A DNA stretch of 64,000 bases from Eledone cirrhosa. Its lineage: Eukaryota. The DNA is taken from contig OZ024764.1 in the NCBI GenBank assembly GCA_964016885.1, forward strand, positions 21,576,001-21,640,000. The letters are read 5' to 3'. Below, one piece after another: positions 1 through 11,257 of this stretch. The notes under the pieces are model-generated. The model was given only the letters and a program-made list of their open reading frames with translations, searched no databases and was not told where the DNA came from. Each line of letters begins with the position of its first letter. Positions within the stretch are counted from its first letter, which is position 1. Made by a program: the position numbers and the translations under genes.

Positions 1-119
1 CTAAACACTTTAACTAACAAACTATTGTGCTATAGAATTGACAAACTTGAAGAATGTTTAATAAATGTTACAGATTTCTCCAAACTGTTGTTTACTAACT
101 TTAATTTGAAGCTATATTA

Positions 120-508
120 TCTATATACTACTAAAACTCTGTGATTGTGTCTTGTCTGTAATTTAATACAGCTAAAACAGTGCATAATGGGGAAATACTT
201 TGAAAGGAATAAAACAAGTTTTGTATAAATTGGAGCACAGGTTCCCAAGATACGGGGTTTTCTGGGTACCTTCATAAATATAGGGAGAGAAAGAGATAGT
301 GGTTGTGAGAGTGTGGATTGAAAAGGAGAGATAGAAGGAGATGGATGGAAAGGGGAAGAGAGAGAGAGCTGGTGGTATATGTGTGCATATATGTGTCTAT
401 ATATATATATGTCTATATTTTAACTATTTGAAAATTATTTTTAAGTGAACATGATTTAAAAATAATAGTTTTAAGGGAACGTGACCCAACAGGTCCCGGG
501 TGGTCTAG
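120..508 (+). mobile_element. Non-autonomous Helitron-like element
   Basis: Starts A|TC (tctatatactactaaaa) and ends with a short hairpin (cgtgacccaacaggtcccg) then CTAG|T. No TSD. Internal GA/TA microsatellites. Copies at 18610-18970, 37732-38092, 52206-52600, 59827-60165, and truncated from 20694. Confidence 0.7.
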
Positions 509-696
509 TTTGTTACCAAATACTAGATATTAGAGGGTCATGTTGTTCTAGATGTGCTGGAAGAGCCATTCCATCTCGTGAGGTTCACACCAGCAGCTAG
601 CCACCTCAGCACCTATGGTGGTATATTTATTATATTATTTATTCTTTATCATTAACATTAATATAAAAGATAATTATATATTTTTAGAGAAGAACC

Positions 697-1092
697 TTTT
701 TGTTGTGACACCTACAGAACCACTTTACAGTGTAGACTGGGTACTTTTTGTTGACACCTACATGACAACTTTACAGGTTGCACTGGCTGCTTTTTGTCGT
801 GACACCTACATGACCACTTTATAGTGTGGACTGGGTACTTTTTGTTGTGACACCTACATGACCACTTTATAGTGTGGACTGGGTGCTTTTTGTTGTGACA
901 CCTACAAGACCACTTTAAAGTTTTGGCTGGGTTCTTTTTGGTGTCACCTACATGACCACTTTACAGTGTAGGCTGGGTACTTTTTGTCGTAACATCTACA
1001 TGACCACCTTATAATGTTGACTGTGTTCTTTACAGTGTGGGTTGGGTGCTTTTTGTCATATCTCCTACCCAACCACTTTGCAGTGTGGGCAG
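697..1092. repeat. 48-bp minisatellite (acctacatgaccactttacagtgtggactgggtgctttttgttgtgac)
   Basis: Degenerate tandem copies are directly visible; same family as 19580-20290, 21284-21592, 38700-39080, 53207-53875 and 60740-61322. Confidence 0.9.
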
Positions 1093-1119
1093 TGAAATAT
1101 CAGTAATGCACCAGCTCCA

Positions 1120-1620
1120 ATATTCAGTAATCAGAAGAAGGGAGGTAGGCATAAAAGCCAAACTTGCTGTCTTCAATTAGGTTTTTGTGCCAACCCTTAC
1201 CTATGGTCACATATCTTGGGTAATGACCAAAAGAATATGATTGGGAATACAAATGGCAGATATGGGATTCCTCTGAAGGGTCTTTGAAGGAACTTTTCTC
1301 AATAAAGTGCATAGCTCTGAGATCAGAGAGTCACTCCAGGTGGAGCTGTTACTTCTCCTAATTGAGAGATCACAGCTGCAATACTATGGCCATGTGGTTA
1401 GAATGTCTGAGGAAAGAATCACTGGATAGATTTTACAGGCAAAACTAACTGGCAGGAGACCCAGGGGTAGACCTGAGCAAGATGGTCACATAACATCCAT
1501 GAGCTTGGCTGGTCTCTCTGGGAGATCCAGCCAGACCAGTTGGAGTGGGTTGCTTCTGACAGGACCTGTTGGAGGGAGTGTTTGAGGACTCTGCCCCCAA
1601 GACCCTCTCTGGAATAAGAA
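1120..1620 (+). mobile_element. Decayed RTE-clade (Expander/Rex3-like) LINE 3' fragment
   Basis: Manual translation gives VPTLTYGHISWVMTKRI*LGIQMADMGFL*RV and ILQAKLTGRRPRGRP, typical of the RTE ORF C-terminus. Copies at about 39105-39600 and 53900-54395. Confidence 0.7.
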
Positions 1621-1913
1621 GAGCTTGAGGTTGCAAAATCAACATCAGATTTCCCTGCTAGCAAGGGTTTAATGAGTCTACTTCAACCAAGTAAGTACTA
1701 AAGTGAGGCTACTGATCTCCCAGACAGACCAAGGATCTGAGACTTATTTACATAAGGTCTCATTTGCTACTGAGTGCACAGAAAAGGTTGTCATGTCTTT
1801 GTCATGATTGAAGGCTTCTCCGACACTATTGTCGGGCAAGCTTTCTATGGCTAGATGTCCTTCACATGACCAACCACATTACAGCCTGTGTTGGGTGTGT
1901 TTATCATGTAGGT

Positions 1914-3729
1914 GAGGCATAACAAACTGAGGGTTCCCCAAGGGCCACATAGGTCACATGTGTTGTCTGAGGGTTGCACAGTGCAACTCATTATGTACAC
2001 GACAACTAATTAAAGTCATTTAATAAAATATATTGCAGAAAGATTTGTTACTTAAATTTAGAAACATACAATGTCCATACAAATGTTTTAGCAGCATTCA
2101 TGAATACAAAGTAATGAAGTAGTTTGACAAAAAACTAAAATTTAACATGTCAACATATACTTGCAGATTGTAACAGCAACAAATACATTGTTGTCCTGAG
2201 GCTTGACACTTCTTTCTGTTGACAATTTTTGGTATATCTGGCTGAAATGTCTGTACAGTTCCAACTTTGATCAGATGACAAGTGTTGATCTGTCAGCCTT
2301 GTTCTCTGAGAAGTTTTTGTTAAGCAAAGTACAGACTCAGTATGGGCAGTGATTTTCAGCTCTTTGCACATAAGAAAATGAATTACATTTTCATCTGACA
2401 ACGGAGACTTCCATAAGCTAAGTTTTCTAATGAAGAACTTGATGTCATCATACAACTGAGTGATGGGTTTGTTTTTACCTTGTAATTTCAAATTAAGATC
2501 AGTTAATTGTGCATTAATATCCACAACAAAAGCCAGATGTTGGAGCCAACTTTCATCTTTTATTTCATCTGTGTTTTGACCTTTCATCTCCAAAAACATA
2601 ATTATTTCAACAAATAGAATCTTTTCAGCACTTTGTGACATGTCAACCAGCAGACTTCTGTGTAGAATGGAACATCGGTGAACTGATTATCCATATCTTC
2701 CAACAACTGGCTGAACTGACGGTGGTTGCGAGCATGGCCTCTGATTTACTTCACTGTCTTTGTGACCAAGCTAAGTACATGATGCAATTTTAAAATCTTT
2801 GAACATAAATTTTGCTGATGAATAATAGTGAAAATGTGCAAATGATGAATCTAGATATGAGTTTTCTATTTTTGTTTGTAACTATAAATATTAAATTCAC
2901 TGTCACAGGCCCTGATAAAGAATGCAATCTGTACTATTCCAGTGATGTCAACAGTCTCATCAATAGCAATAGAAACATGTTCAAACCTTGATGATACAGC
3001 CTTTAACTGTTGTTTCAGATCACCTGACATTTCATTAATCTGTTCAGCAACAGTGTTCCTGGTTAATGAAATGTCTTTGAATAACTCTGCTTTCTCTGGA
3101 CAATTTCAGCTGTTTTTACAAGACATTGCTTTACAAAATCTCCTTCACTGTAAGATTTCCCACTCATGGCAATCATTTGACTGAGTTCATAGCTTGCAGT
3201 AACGGAAGTGACATTCTCTTCCTGAATTAACATAAAACAGGTCTGTTGCTGTGTCAAGTTAACCTTCAATTCCTTGAGTCTTGAAACACACATTGGGGCT
3301 TCATATTTATCGTAAGATCAAGGGTTTGTTTCATAATGTCTTTTTAAATTGTACTCTTTTGGCGTGGCGATGTAGTTGTTGCAAATTAAACAGTGTATCT
3401 TTCTGTTCACCATTGGGCAAAAATACTGTAATTCCCACTTTTCTTGAAACACTTGCCCTTCTTCGTTCAATTTCCTTTTTCTCTTAGCTGGAGGAGCACT
3501 AACCATTTCAAAAACAAAATCTTTTGAAATTTTGAAAGAAAGTTTTCTGTTAATGAGCTGCACGTGATTAATGGAAGTTAAAAGTAGTTGACAAAATTTG
3601 CAAAAAAAAAATAATTGTATCGAAAATGTTTTAAATTTTATATTACGAAAATGAAACATGGTCGCACTGTAAAAACCTTTGTGTGGGCCGCAGCTTTGCT
3701 TGCAAAGGGCTGCATGTTTGACATGTCTG
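1914..3729 (-). mobile_element. hAT DNA transposon relic, GTF2IRD2/SPIN-like transposase, internally deleted
   Basis: 8-bp TSD ATGTAGGT at 1906-1913 and 3730-3737. Degenerate TIRs (cagacatgtcaaac / gaggcataacaaac). Broken ORFs with FQEKWELQYF-CLIC-KEYNLKRHY and WLQHLAFVVDI-LNLKLQGKN. Confidence 0.9.
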
Positions 3730-3829
3730 ATGTAGGTTACCAACACTAGGGAGGGCAGCATATCCTTCAGTGTGTTCTGCTACATTAACTACCAGGAGGT
3801 CACCACATGAGACAAAGACTACATTTCAA

Positions 3830-4293
3830 AGAAGGGTCATAAAAGAACTAAATACGAAAGTACCCACAGCAACAAGCAAATAATTGAGCTTTGGGTCTAG
3901 GTCAAGGGGCAGAAGTGCTGCGCCCTGTGGATAAGACTGCAAAAGTATTCGCCCCGGGCGATGGACAGTGACACCCACTGCAACAGCCACCCCAACCTCA
4001 TGGGACTCCCTCTTCAGAAGGGCCACCAATGTTCTGATCTTACAGAGGAGCTCGCCCGTACAGGGTCCAAGTACTTCTGAGGTCTCGATGGTGACCGGTG
4101 TGAAGAGACCTACAATTGATGTCATCCCAGTTATGTTGGAGTGTAATATACTGGGGTATAGAGAGGCCTTAACCTGTCACAGCTGGGCCACCCAGGGTTG
4201 TGTCATCTAGGTACCGGACAGGGGTAACTAGACCACGTTGTCAACTGTCAGCACCAATAGGAGTGAGGCGAGTGGGTCCCCTTGCGAGACACC
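3830..4293 (-). mobile_element. Heavily deleted CRE-clade non-LTR retrotransposon relic
   Basis: Minus-strand translation gives GVSQGDPLASLL...RYLDDTTLGGP (RT) and GLFTPVTIETSEVLGP (RLE C-terminus), resembling the element at 26094-30365. Copies at about 42010-42488 and 57150-57604. Confidence 0.7.
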
Positions 4294-4432
4294 ATATATA
4301 AAACGTATTTGCTAATTACTTTAATGAATAATTTGTTTCATACGTAATTATTACTTTTAACACAATAGGATTTTGTACACGTGTTTGTTTGAAAACATCT
4401 TTCAAAGAAGTATGAGACAGTCTTTTGTAGCC

Positions 4433-4530
4433 TTCTGGAGTTGCGACCGAGAGATAGTATTAGCTATTGGAAAGACCAATGGAAACATTGTTTCCTCGGT
4501 TCGATTTGACGAAAAATCGATCATAAAAAA
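4433..4530 (+). mobile_element. 3' half of tRNA-derived SINE
   Basis: Matches the 3' part of the complete SINE at 42736-42953; the head is deleted. Also at about 57745-57840. Confidence 0.7.
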
Positions 4531-4593
4531 TATATATTTATATATATATAGGGAGAGAGAGAAACACACAAACATACACTACTGTATTACATA

Positions 4594-5108
4594 TGTAAGG
4601 GGAGATAACTCTCGTTACATCCCCCCTTCTTTTTGATATACGTCCTTTACATACTTTGTTCAATGGAATCTGCTTTATTTTGTCCTAAGTAGATTTCTGT
4701 TTAAGTATTTACGAGATTCACAATGATTCACGTAACCAAGTTACTTACATAGAGATATATTTCACATAGAATCACAACAAATGAAAATATTAAGTCAACA
4801 CTCTGTCAATCAGTCTCACATCACATGGGGTGCTGGAGTCTCCTTCTAATACTTTCTGAGACAGTCTTACCTCGAACGATAGCAAAGCTAAGATGTTGGA
4901 ACTACCAAACACCCTCATATGTATCACCTGACACCTCGGTAAGGAGAGCTGCCAACGATAACAAGAACCTCGTTGTCAGGGACCTATCTCCTCCAAACTT
5001 CTCCAACACCACAGACTAGAATATTCTACTCTATTCCCTATCAAATATATTTCAGTCTAGTCATTTATCTTGTATCTTGTATATGTATTTTCAAAACTAA
5101 CTGTCACA
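4594..5108. mobile_element. LTR-retroelement-like relic(s)
   Basis: The minus strand has a purine tract aaaaagaagggggga followed by TGTAAC...TTACA (4594-4634). The + strand segment 4885-5108 ends tgtcaca and is homologous to the inverted segment 5111-5644. Copies at about 24575-25095 and 43006-43525. Confidence 0.4.
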
Positions 5109-5311
5109 TTTGTGAGACCCCAGTTAGTGATGTTTTTGTCTCCCTCCCACATCCTACATGCTGTAGTAAAAGTGAGGGTCACTGCTTCTGTAGACGAACG
5201 AAATAAAAGTTAAACTACCAGTAATTATCGGCAAAGTATTTATTCCAGTCTGTGATGTTTGAGAAGCTGGGCTGCTGACAACGAAGTTGTGGTCACTGTT
5301 GGCAGCTGGCT

Positions 5312-5644
5312 TTACCGAAGTACCCGATGACTCTTGTGAGGGTACTTAGCTGTTTGGGTGGTTTAGCCTCCATGACATGATTTTACTGAGATACCCGGTG
5401 ATCTCTGTCAGTGTACTTAGCTGTTCTGGCGGTTTAGCCTCCACATGACATGATTTTACCGAGATACCCGGTGATCTCTGTCAGGGTACTTAGCTGTTCT
5501 GGTAGCTTAGCCTCCATATGACCCGATCTTACCGAGATACCCGGCGATCTCTGTCAGGGTACTTAGCTGTTCTAGCAACTTAGCCCCCATATGACCCGAT
5601 CTTACCGAAGTACCCGGTGATCTCTGTAAGAGTACTTAGCTGTT
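5312..5644 (-). repeat. 73-bp tandem repeat (about 4.5 copies) within an LTR-like relic
   Basis: Unit ttaccgagatacccggtgatctctgtcagggtacttagctgttct... recurs every 73 bp (5456 to 5529). Fewer than 2 copies at 25298-25413 and 43729-43841. Confidence 0.9.
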
Positions 5645-5724
5645 ATATTTTAATTACATTTACTGATTTAAACTTTCATTTCTTATATGACAAACTTTAC
5701 ATAATTTAATTCCGTAAAAATATT

Positions 5725-5858
5725 TTACGTCACAAAAAAAACCTTGAAGCATGCGCAGTGGTGCAGTTGTTGACTTCCTGTCCACGTGTCAGTCTTCCTA
5801 CAACAACATTTAGACAACATTTCTGTAAACACTAAACACCTGAGACTATAATGTAAGT
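5725..5858 (+). promoter_or_regulatory. Putative promoter and non-coding exon 1 of ZNF paralog 1
   Basis: Clustered CRE-like TTACGTCA (5725), NRF1-like GCATGCGCA (5749), ETS ACTTCCTG (5773) and E-box CACGTG (5783) in AT-rich DNA, followed by splice donor AAT|GTAAGT at 5853. Conserved upstream of all three ZNF genes. Confidence 0.7.
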
Positions 5859-6083
5859 ATTATGTCTATTAATATTGTAGATTTAAGCTCACTTTTCACA
5901 TCACAAATATATATTTTATTGTTTGTTTCATTACTGGAAATATAAAATGTTATCGTAATTATCTATATTTTACCTACCTCTAATTAATTAAAGTGAAAAC
6001 TTTTGTTGTTGCTGAAAAATAAATTAACAAAACTAAATATTTAAATATTCTAAAGGTCGTTTTTATATTATGTGATGATATAA

Positions 6084-6314
6084 TTAATATATTTTATTAC
6101 AATTGTATAAATTTACAGTAGAATAACGTTGTAAATATGTTTTAAATATATACATAAATAACATAAGTGTGTAAATAACATTATAACTTGCTGGCAATTC
6201 CTTGAGAAAGACATTACAAATATATTGTCTAAACTGTGTATAATAATATAATTTATTGAACGATAATGATAAAGGAAAGAAAAACACAGTGGGAGATGGC
6301 AATTCACCACCAGG
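6084..6314 (-). mobile_element. 3' UTR relic related to the CRE-like element
   Basis: The reverse complement shares atgttatttat..tatatttaaaacatattt...gttattctactgtaaattta with the 3' UTR at 30180-30232. Confidence 0.5.
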
Positions 6315-6392
6315 TGTGATAATAGGCCACACCTCACACCCTAGGGGTTAACTACACACTTTGAGGCAAGCCAACACACTGGCAGCATTACT

Positions 6393-6545
6393 AAGGTGTT
6401 GAAATAACCAGGTACCCTCACGAGTATCACCTGACACCTCGGTAAGGTGAGGCTAAGGGGCTGAAATAACCAGGTACCCTCACGGGTATCACCTGACACC
6501 TTGGTAAGGTGATTCTAAGGGGTTGAAATAACCAGGTACCCTCAC
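6393..6545 (+). repeat. 62-bp tandem repeat (about 2.5 copies)
   Basis: Unit ctaaggtgctgaaataaccaggtaccctcacgggtatcacctgacacctcggtaaggtgagg. Also at 30461-30615 and 44587-44925. Confidence 0.9.
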
Positions 6546-6903
6546 GGAAACGACTAGATTTGTAGAAAAAGTAGGGTGAAAGTATACGAAGAGATATAGT
6601 TTCACAGATCTACTCGCACCTCACGTTGGGTGGGAAATAATTATTTTTCTTAGATTTTTTTCTAGACCCCTTTTCAATATTTTCTCTGAACCCCTTAGAT
6701 ACTTGCAATAGACGTTTTATTCCCCAGTATTAGGGTTAGGGTTTCCGTTTTCAGGAAGAAAAGTCGATTGCAAACATCTAAGAGGTCGAGAAATAAAAAT
6801 AAGGAAAGATAATTATTTCCCAGCCAACTGGAGAAGTGTGTAGCTCTTCTAAACTCCGATAATCCTGTCTCCCACTTCTTTATCTACAAATCTAGTCGTT
6901 TCC
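6546..6903. mobile_element. Foldback MITE with 21-bp perfect TIRs
   Basis: ggaaacgactagatttgtaga at 6546 and its reverse complement ending at 6903. Imperfect palindromy extends to the centre. Copies at 30616-30975 and 44926-45284. Confidence 0.8.
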
Positions 6904-7103
6904 TGCTACTTTGAAGGCCCTATTTATTGATAACACCACTTGTAAATCTTTGTCAACTTTTCATACGTAAATTGTGAATCAGTTATTTTTAAACAAACTA
7001 TCAAAGAAGTTATGTCACAGTAACTGTGTTTGATTTAATCAACTTATTCCCCCCAAACATTGTCGACCTTGTGTCTAAATCAGAAACTATTATAAGATCT
7101 TAA

Positions 7104-7245
7104 ATCAACCTCGTAAAGATGAAGGGCAAAGCTAACCTCGGCGGGATTTCAACCCTTTATGTTATGAGTTCAAATCCCACCAAAGTTAACTTTGTCTTTC
7201 ATTCTAACGGAGTGGATAAATTAAAGTTCCAGTAATCTACTGGGG
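7104..7245. mobile_element. Two decayed SINE fragments in opposite orientation
   Basis: B-box-like gagttcaaatccc followed by aactttgtctttcattc...gataaattaaagttccagt on +, with an inverted counterpart at 7104-7156. Copy at about 45486-45628. Confidence 0.55.
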
Positions 7246-7413
7246 TCTGAGATATTAAGGTTTGAGTAGATTCTATCTTTTTGTGTGTTTGTATTTATAA
7301 TCTTACTAGAACACCTGTGACCTGTTGCGTCACGTTCCCTTTAAAAATAATATTTAAATAATTAAAATATACACAGACATGTATATAATGTAAAATGAAA
7401 TTAGTAGGCCCAT

Positions 7414-7414
7414 G

Positions 7415-7447
<33 letters not shown>

Positions 7448-7448
7448 A

Positions 7449-7510
<62 letters not shown>
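7414..7510. repeat. (TA)n/(TG)n microsatellite
   Basis: Directly visible; it is the insertion site of the RTE. Confidence 0.95.
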
Positions 7511-7513
<3 letters not shown>

Positions 7514-10403
7514 ACAGCGACGGCTTCAATAGAGTACATGGAGGCCATGGAGTTGGAATGAGGAAGGATTCAGACTTCTAGAATTCTGCGACGCCAATGA
7601 CATGTCGATATGTAACACAAACTTTAAAAAACCCGACAACCACCTGATCACCTATAGATCAGGGGAGCACTCTAGTCAGTTAGATTTTATCCTCATCAGA
7701 GGACGTGACAGATGGACGGTCGTAAACACAAAAGCCTTCCCTAGTGAGGAATGTACATCCCAACATAGCTTAGTTGTCAGCGACCTCACGGTCAGAACTA
7801 GACGAACCCGGAAACAGAGGCCAACCTGGAGAAGAAAGATCTGGAAGCTGAAAGTCCCCTCAACCAGTAACAGATTTAAAGATATTTTACTCAACGCCTA
7901 CGACAGAAAAGAAGAACAGATAGAAACATTTAACGTAGAAGATAACTGGGAGTTCCTATAAAATAACTTACTAAAGGTGACGGATGAGATCTGTGGCTGG
8001 AGTAAGACCTCAAGCAGGAGGAGAGTGACTTGGTGGTGGAACAATAAGGTAGATGAAGCAGTTAAGGCCAAGAGACAGGCATGGAAAGAATGGAAGAACG
8101 GGGGGAGCAGGGTACATTACATAGAGACCAAGAGGGAAGCTAGGCGACAAGTATACTTAACTAGGAGGGAAGCAGAGGATAGAAAATTCAAGCATGTTTT
8201 ACAACGTGGGGACCAGAAACAGGAGGTATTCAAGATTGCGAGGCAGTGTGTCAGAGATAGTTGTGATGTCATTGGAGAGAAGTGTATCCGGAATGATAAA
8301 GGTGAGCTTGCCCTCACAAGTGCTGAGAAGAAAGATGCATGGAAGAGTCATTATGATAGATTACTAAATGAGGAGAATGCATGGGAAGAAGAGACCCTAC
8401 CCCAAGTAGACCCTATAGAGGGACCAGCAGTACAAGTCAGCAGCAGCGTAGTAAGTAAGGCAATCAAAGATATGAAGATGGGGAAGGCAACCGGTCCATC
8501 GGGTATAGCTGCCGAGATGCTGAAGGCATCTGGGTCTGTAGGTCACACTATAACCACACGTATCGTTAACCAGGTAATACTAGAAGGGGCCATACCAAAA
8601 GACTGGTGCAGTAGCATCATTGTCAACTGCTACAAAGGTAAAGGCGATGCACTAGATAGAGGAAACTATAGAGGTATAAAGTTGATGGACCAGGTCATGA
8701 AAGTAACAGAAAGAGTTATAGCACAGCTGATTAGGGACCAGGTGAAAATAGACGAGATGCAATTTGGGTTTGTACCAGGAAGAGGCACCACTGATGCCCT
8801 CTTCCTTGTGAGGCAATTACAGGAAAAGTACCTAGCTAAAAGTAAGCCACTCTACTTGGCATTTGTCGACCTTGAGAAAGCCTTTGACAGAGTTCCACGT
8901 GTTGTAATCTGGTGGGCTCTTAGAAAACTAGGAGTAGATGAATGGCTTGTGAAAGCGGTACAAGCCATGTATAGGGGAGCAGTCAGCAAAGTTAGGATTA
9001 GCAATGAGTATAGCGAGGAATTTAGCGTACAGGTTGGGGTCCACCAAGGCTCTGTTCTTAGCCCTCTCCTGTTCATCATAGTCCTGCAGGCAATAACGGA
9101 GGAGTTTAAGACCGGATGCCCATGGGAACTCCTGTATGCTGATGACCTCGCACTCATAGCTGAATCTATGGTAGAACTAGAGAATAAATTCCAAACCTGG
9201 AAGCAGGGACTAGAAAGAAAGGGTCTCAAAGTCAACCTGACAAAGACTAAGGTCCTTGTAAGTAGACGAGAAAGCAGAACCCAGACCCCCTCAGGGAAAT
9301 GGCCTTGCTTAGTATGTGGGAAAGGTGTAGGTAGGAACTCCGTCCTCTGCCCCAAATACAAACAATGGGTACACAAGAGATGTCGCGGGATCTCAGGAAG
9401 CTTAATTAAGAATGTAGGATTCACATGCAGCAGCTGTGCTGAAACAGCAAGCAGCAAACAGCCACAGGAAATAAGTACCACCAATCTCTGGGAGGGACCT
9501 GTAGAAACAGTAGACAGCTTCTGCTACCTAGGTGACCGAATTAGCAACGGAGGTGGGTGTTCAGAAAGTACAATAACTAGGGTAAGAACGGGATGGAAGA
9601 AGTTTAGGGAACTACTACCACTGCTAGCTGCAAAAGGCTTCTCCCTCAGAATGAAAGGCAGACTGTATGATGCGTGTATCCGAACAGCGATGTTGCATGG
9701 TAGTGAGACCTGGGCGCTGAAGGTGGAAGACTTACGTAGATTAGAGAGAAACGAAGCCTGCATGCTCCGATGGATGTGTAACAGTAATATACGTGAACGA
9801 CAAAGCATAAATGAATTGAGAGAGAGACTGAGCATAAGAGGAATCAAATGCTGTGTGCAGGAGAGGCGGTTGCGCTGGTATGGACACGTGATGCGTATGA
9901 AGGATGACAGCTGCATAAAAAGGTGCAGAGCACTAGAAGTTGATGGAAACCGCGGAGTGGGGAGACCCAAGATGACCTGGGATGAGGTGATAAAAGCCGA
10001 CCTTACCCAATTACACCTCTCAAAGACAATGACACACGACCGTGACTTCTGGCGTCACGCAGTAATACAGAGTACCTGACCTCCCATGGGTACAAGCTGA
10101 AGCATATAGACAATATGCCCCCACACCCCCCACTATAAAGTGGTCGTGGAGGTGCCACAGCAAAAAAAGCACCCAGCCCACACTGTAAAGTGGACGTGTA
10201 GGCGCCACGAAAAAGCACCCAGCACTCACTGTAAATGAGGTTGGTGTTAGGAAGGGCATCCAGCTGTAGAAATCAAGCCAGATCAGTTCCTGTATGAGCA
10301 AGGCATGGTCAGCCGACCAGACACTGCACACAACAGGACAACCCGTCTAACCCATGCTAGCGTGGAAGAACGGACGTAAAACGGTGATGATGATGATGAT
10401 GAT
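7511..10403 (+). mobile_element. Young, 5'-truncated RTE-clade LINE
   Basis: End of the AP endonuclease (QLDFIL, SQHSLVV), RT motifs (FVDLEKAFD, GVHQGSVLSPLLF, YADD), RTE C-terminus (RLRWYGHV), 3' UTR and (GAT)n tail. Absent from the paralogous site near 45800-46250. Confidence 0.95.
7602..10079 (+). pseudogene. RTE APE-RT ORF with one premature stop
   Basis: ORFs 7602-7961 and 7977-10079 are in the same frame, separated only by TAA at 7959-7961. The N-terminus is lost to 5' truncation. Confidence 0.9.
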
Positions 10404-10722
10404 ACACACACGTCACTTGTTATAATTTTATAACTTTGTTCAACAGCACCACCAGCTATCTCTCTCACACACACCCATTATCTTTCTCTCTCTATTACCA
10501 GAAAAACCCCATATCTCGGGAACCTGTGCATTGATTTACGTGAAACTTATTTTATCCCATTTGTATTCCCATTTCAGGGTCAACTTCCTTTCAAACTATT
10601 TTCCCATTAAGTCCCGTTTTGGCTGTATTACATTACAGACAAGACACAATCACAGAGTTTTAGGTTTATAATGTTATAGTATCATGATAGGGTAATACAG
10701 TTATTTATAGACCTGTGGTAAA

Positions 10723-10823
10723 TGTTGGTTCAGTCCACCCTGAGGGGTGTTAGTGTTGGTTCAGTCCACCCTGGGGGGTGTAAGTGTTGGTTCAGGCTAC
10801 CCTGAGGGGTGTCAGTATTGGTT
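10723..10823. repeat. 31-bp tandem repeat (about 3 copies)
   Basis: Unit tgttggttcagtccaccctgaggggtgttag; about 2 copies at 46573-46643. Confidence 0.85.
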
Positions 10824-10839
10824 AATGATAACCTTTATA

Positions 10840-11257
10840 ACTAGAGGCCTGTTGGTGAGGAAAAGCTGGAAGTGGTGACATCTTTCTGCTACCTGTGTGA
10901 CATGTCAGCTGGAAGTGGAGCCAAGTTCACTGCCATTGTGCTGTGCCACTCCACAGGTAACAAGTTTAGGCAGCTTCTCCTAATCCTCAAGACATGCTGG
11001 CTACCATTAGTCACCATGGGGCAGATTTATAACACCTGTGGGAGAAGTGTGTTGTTTCATGCCAGCGAGACCTGGGCCATGTTATCTGACTGTCTGAATT
11101 GACTCTGAAGAAATGACAGCTATGATCCACTGGATGTCTAGTGTGACCATTGAGGATGATGTCAGCTCAACTGAGCTCCTAAAAAAACTGCTGATCGACA
11201 ACCTCAAGGATGTGTTTCACAGGAGACACATGCACTGGTATGGCCATGTTGTGCATT
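10840..11257 (+). mobile_element. Old RTE LINE fragment
   Basis: VTSFCYLCDM...KFRQLL...LFHASETWA...HWYGHVV. Copy at about 46660-47078. Confidence 0.8.

Larger units (their letters stand above)
7306..10665 (-). mobile_element. Helitron-like element (minus strand) split by the RTE insertion
   Basis: CTAG plus hairpin at 7306-7340 and the 5' half at 10404-10665 are reverse complements of the 120-508 family. Paralog at 45688-46520. Confidence 0.7.

Noticed and set aside
4825-5019. 64-aa ORF kept in three copies
   Set aside because: It lies in an LTR-like relic, has no true ATG in frame at its annotated start, and its retention is explained by recent duplication.
6730-6741. Interstitial telomere
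   Set aside because: Only two TTAGGG units, internal to a MITE.
8852-9970. Long antisense ORFs in the RTE, and similar ones in CR1, CRE and Tigger
   Set aside because: Shadow frames of transposon coding sequence.
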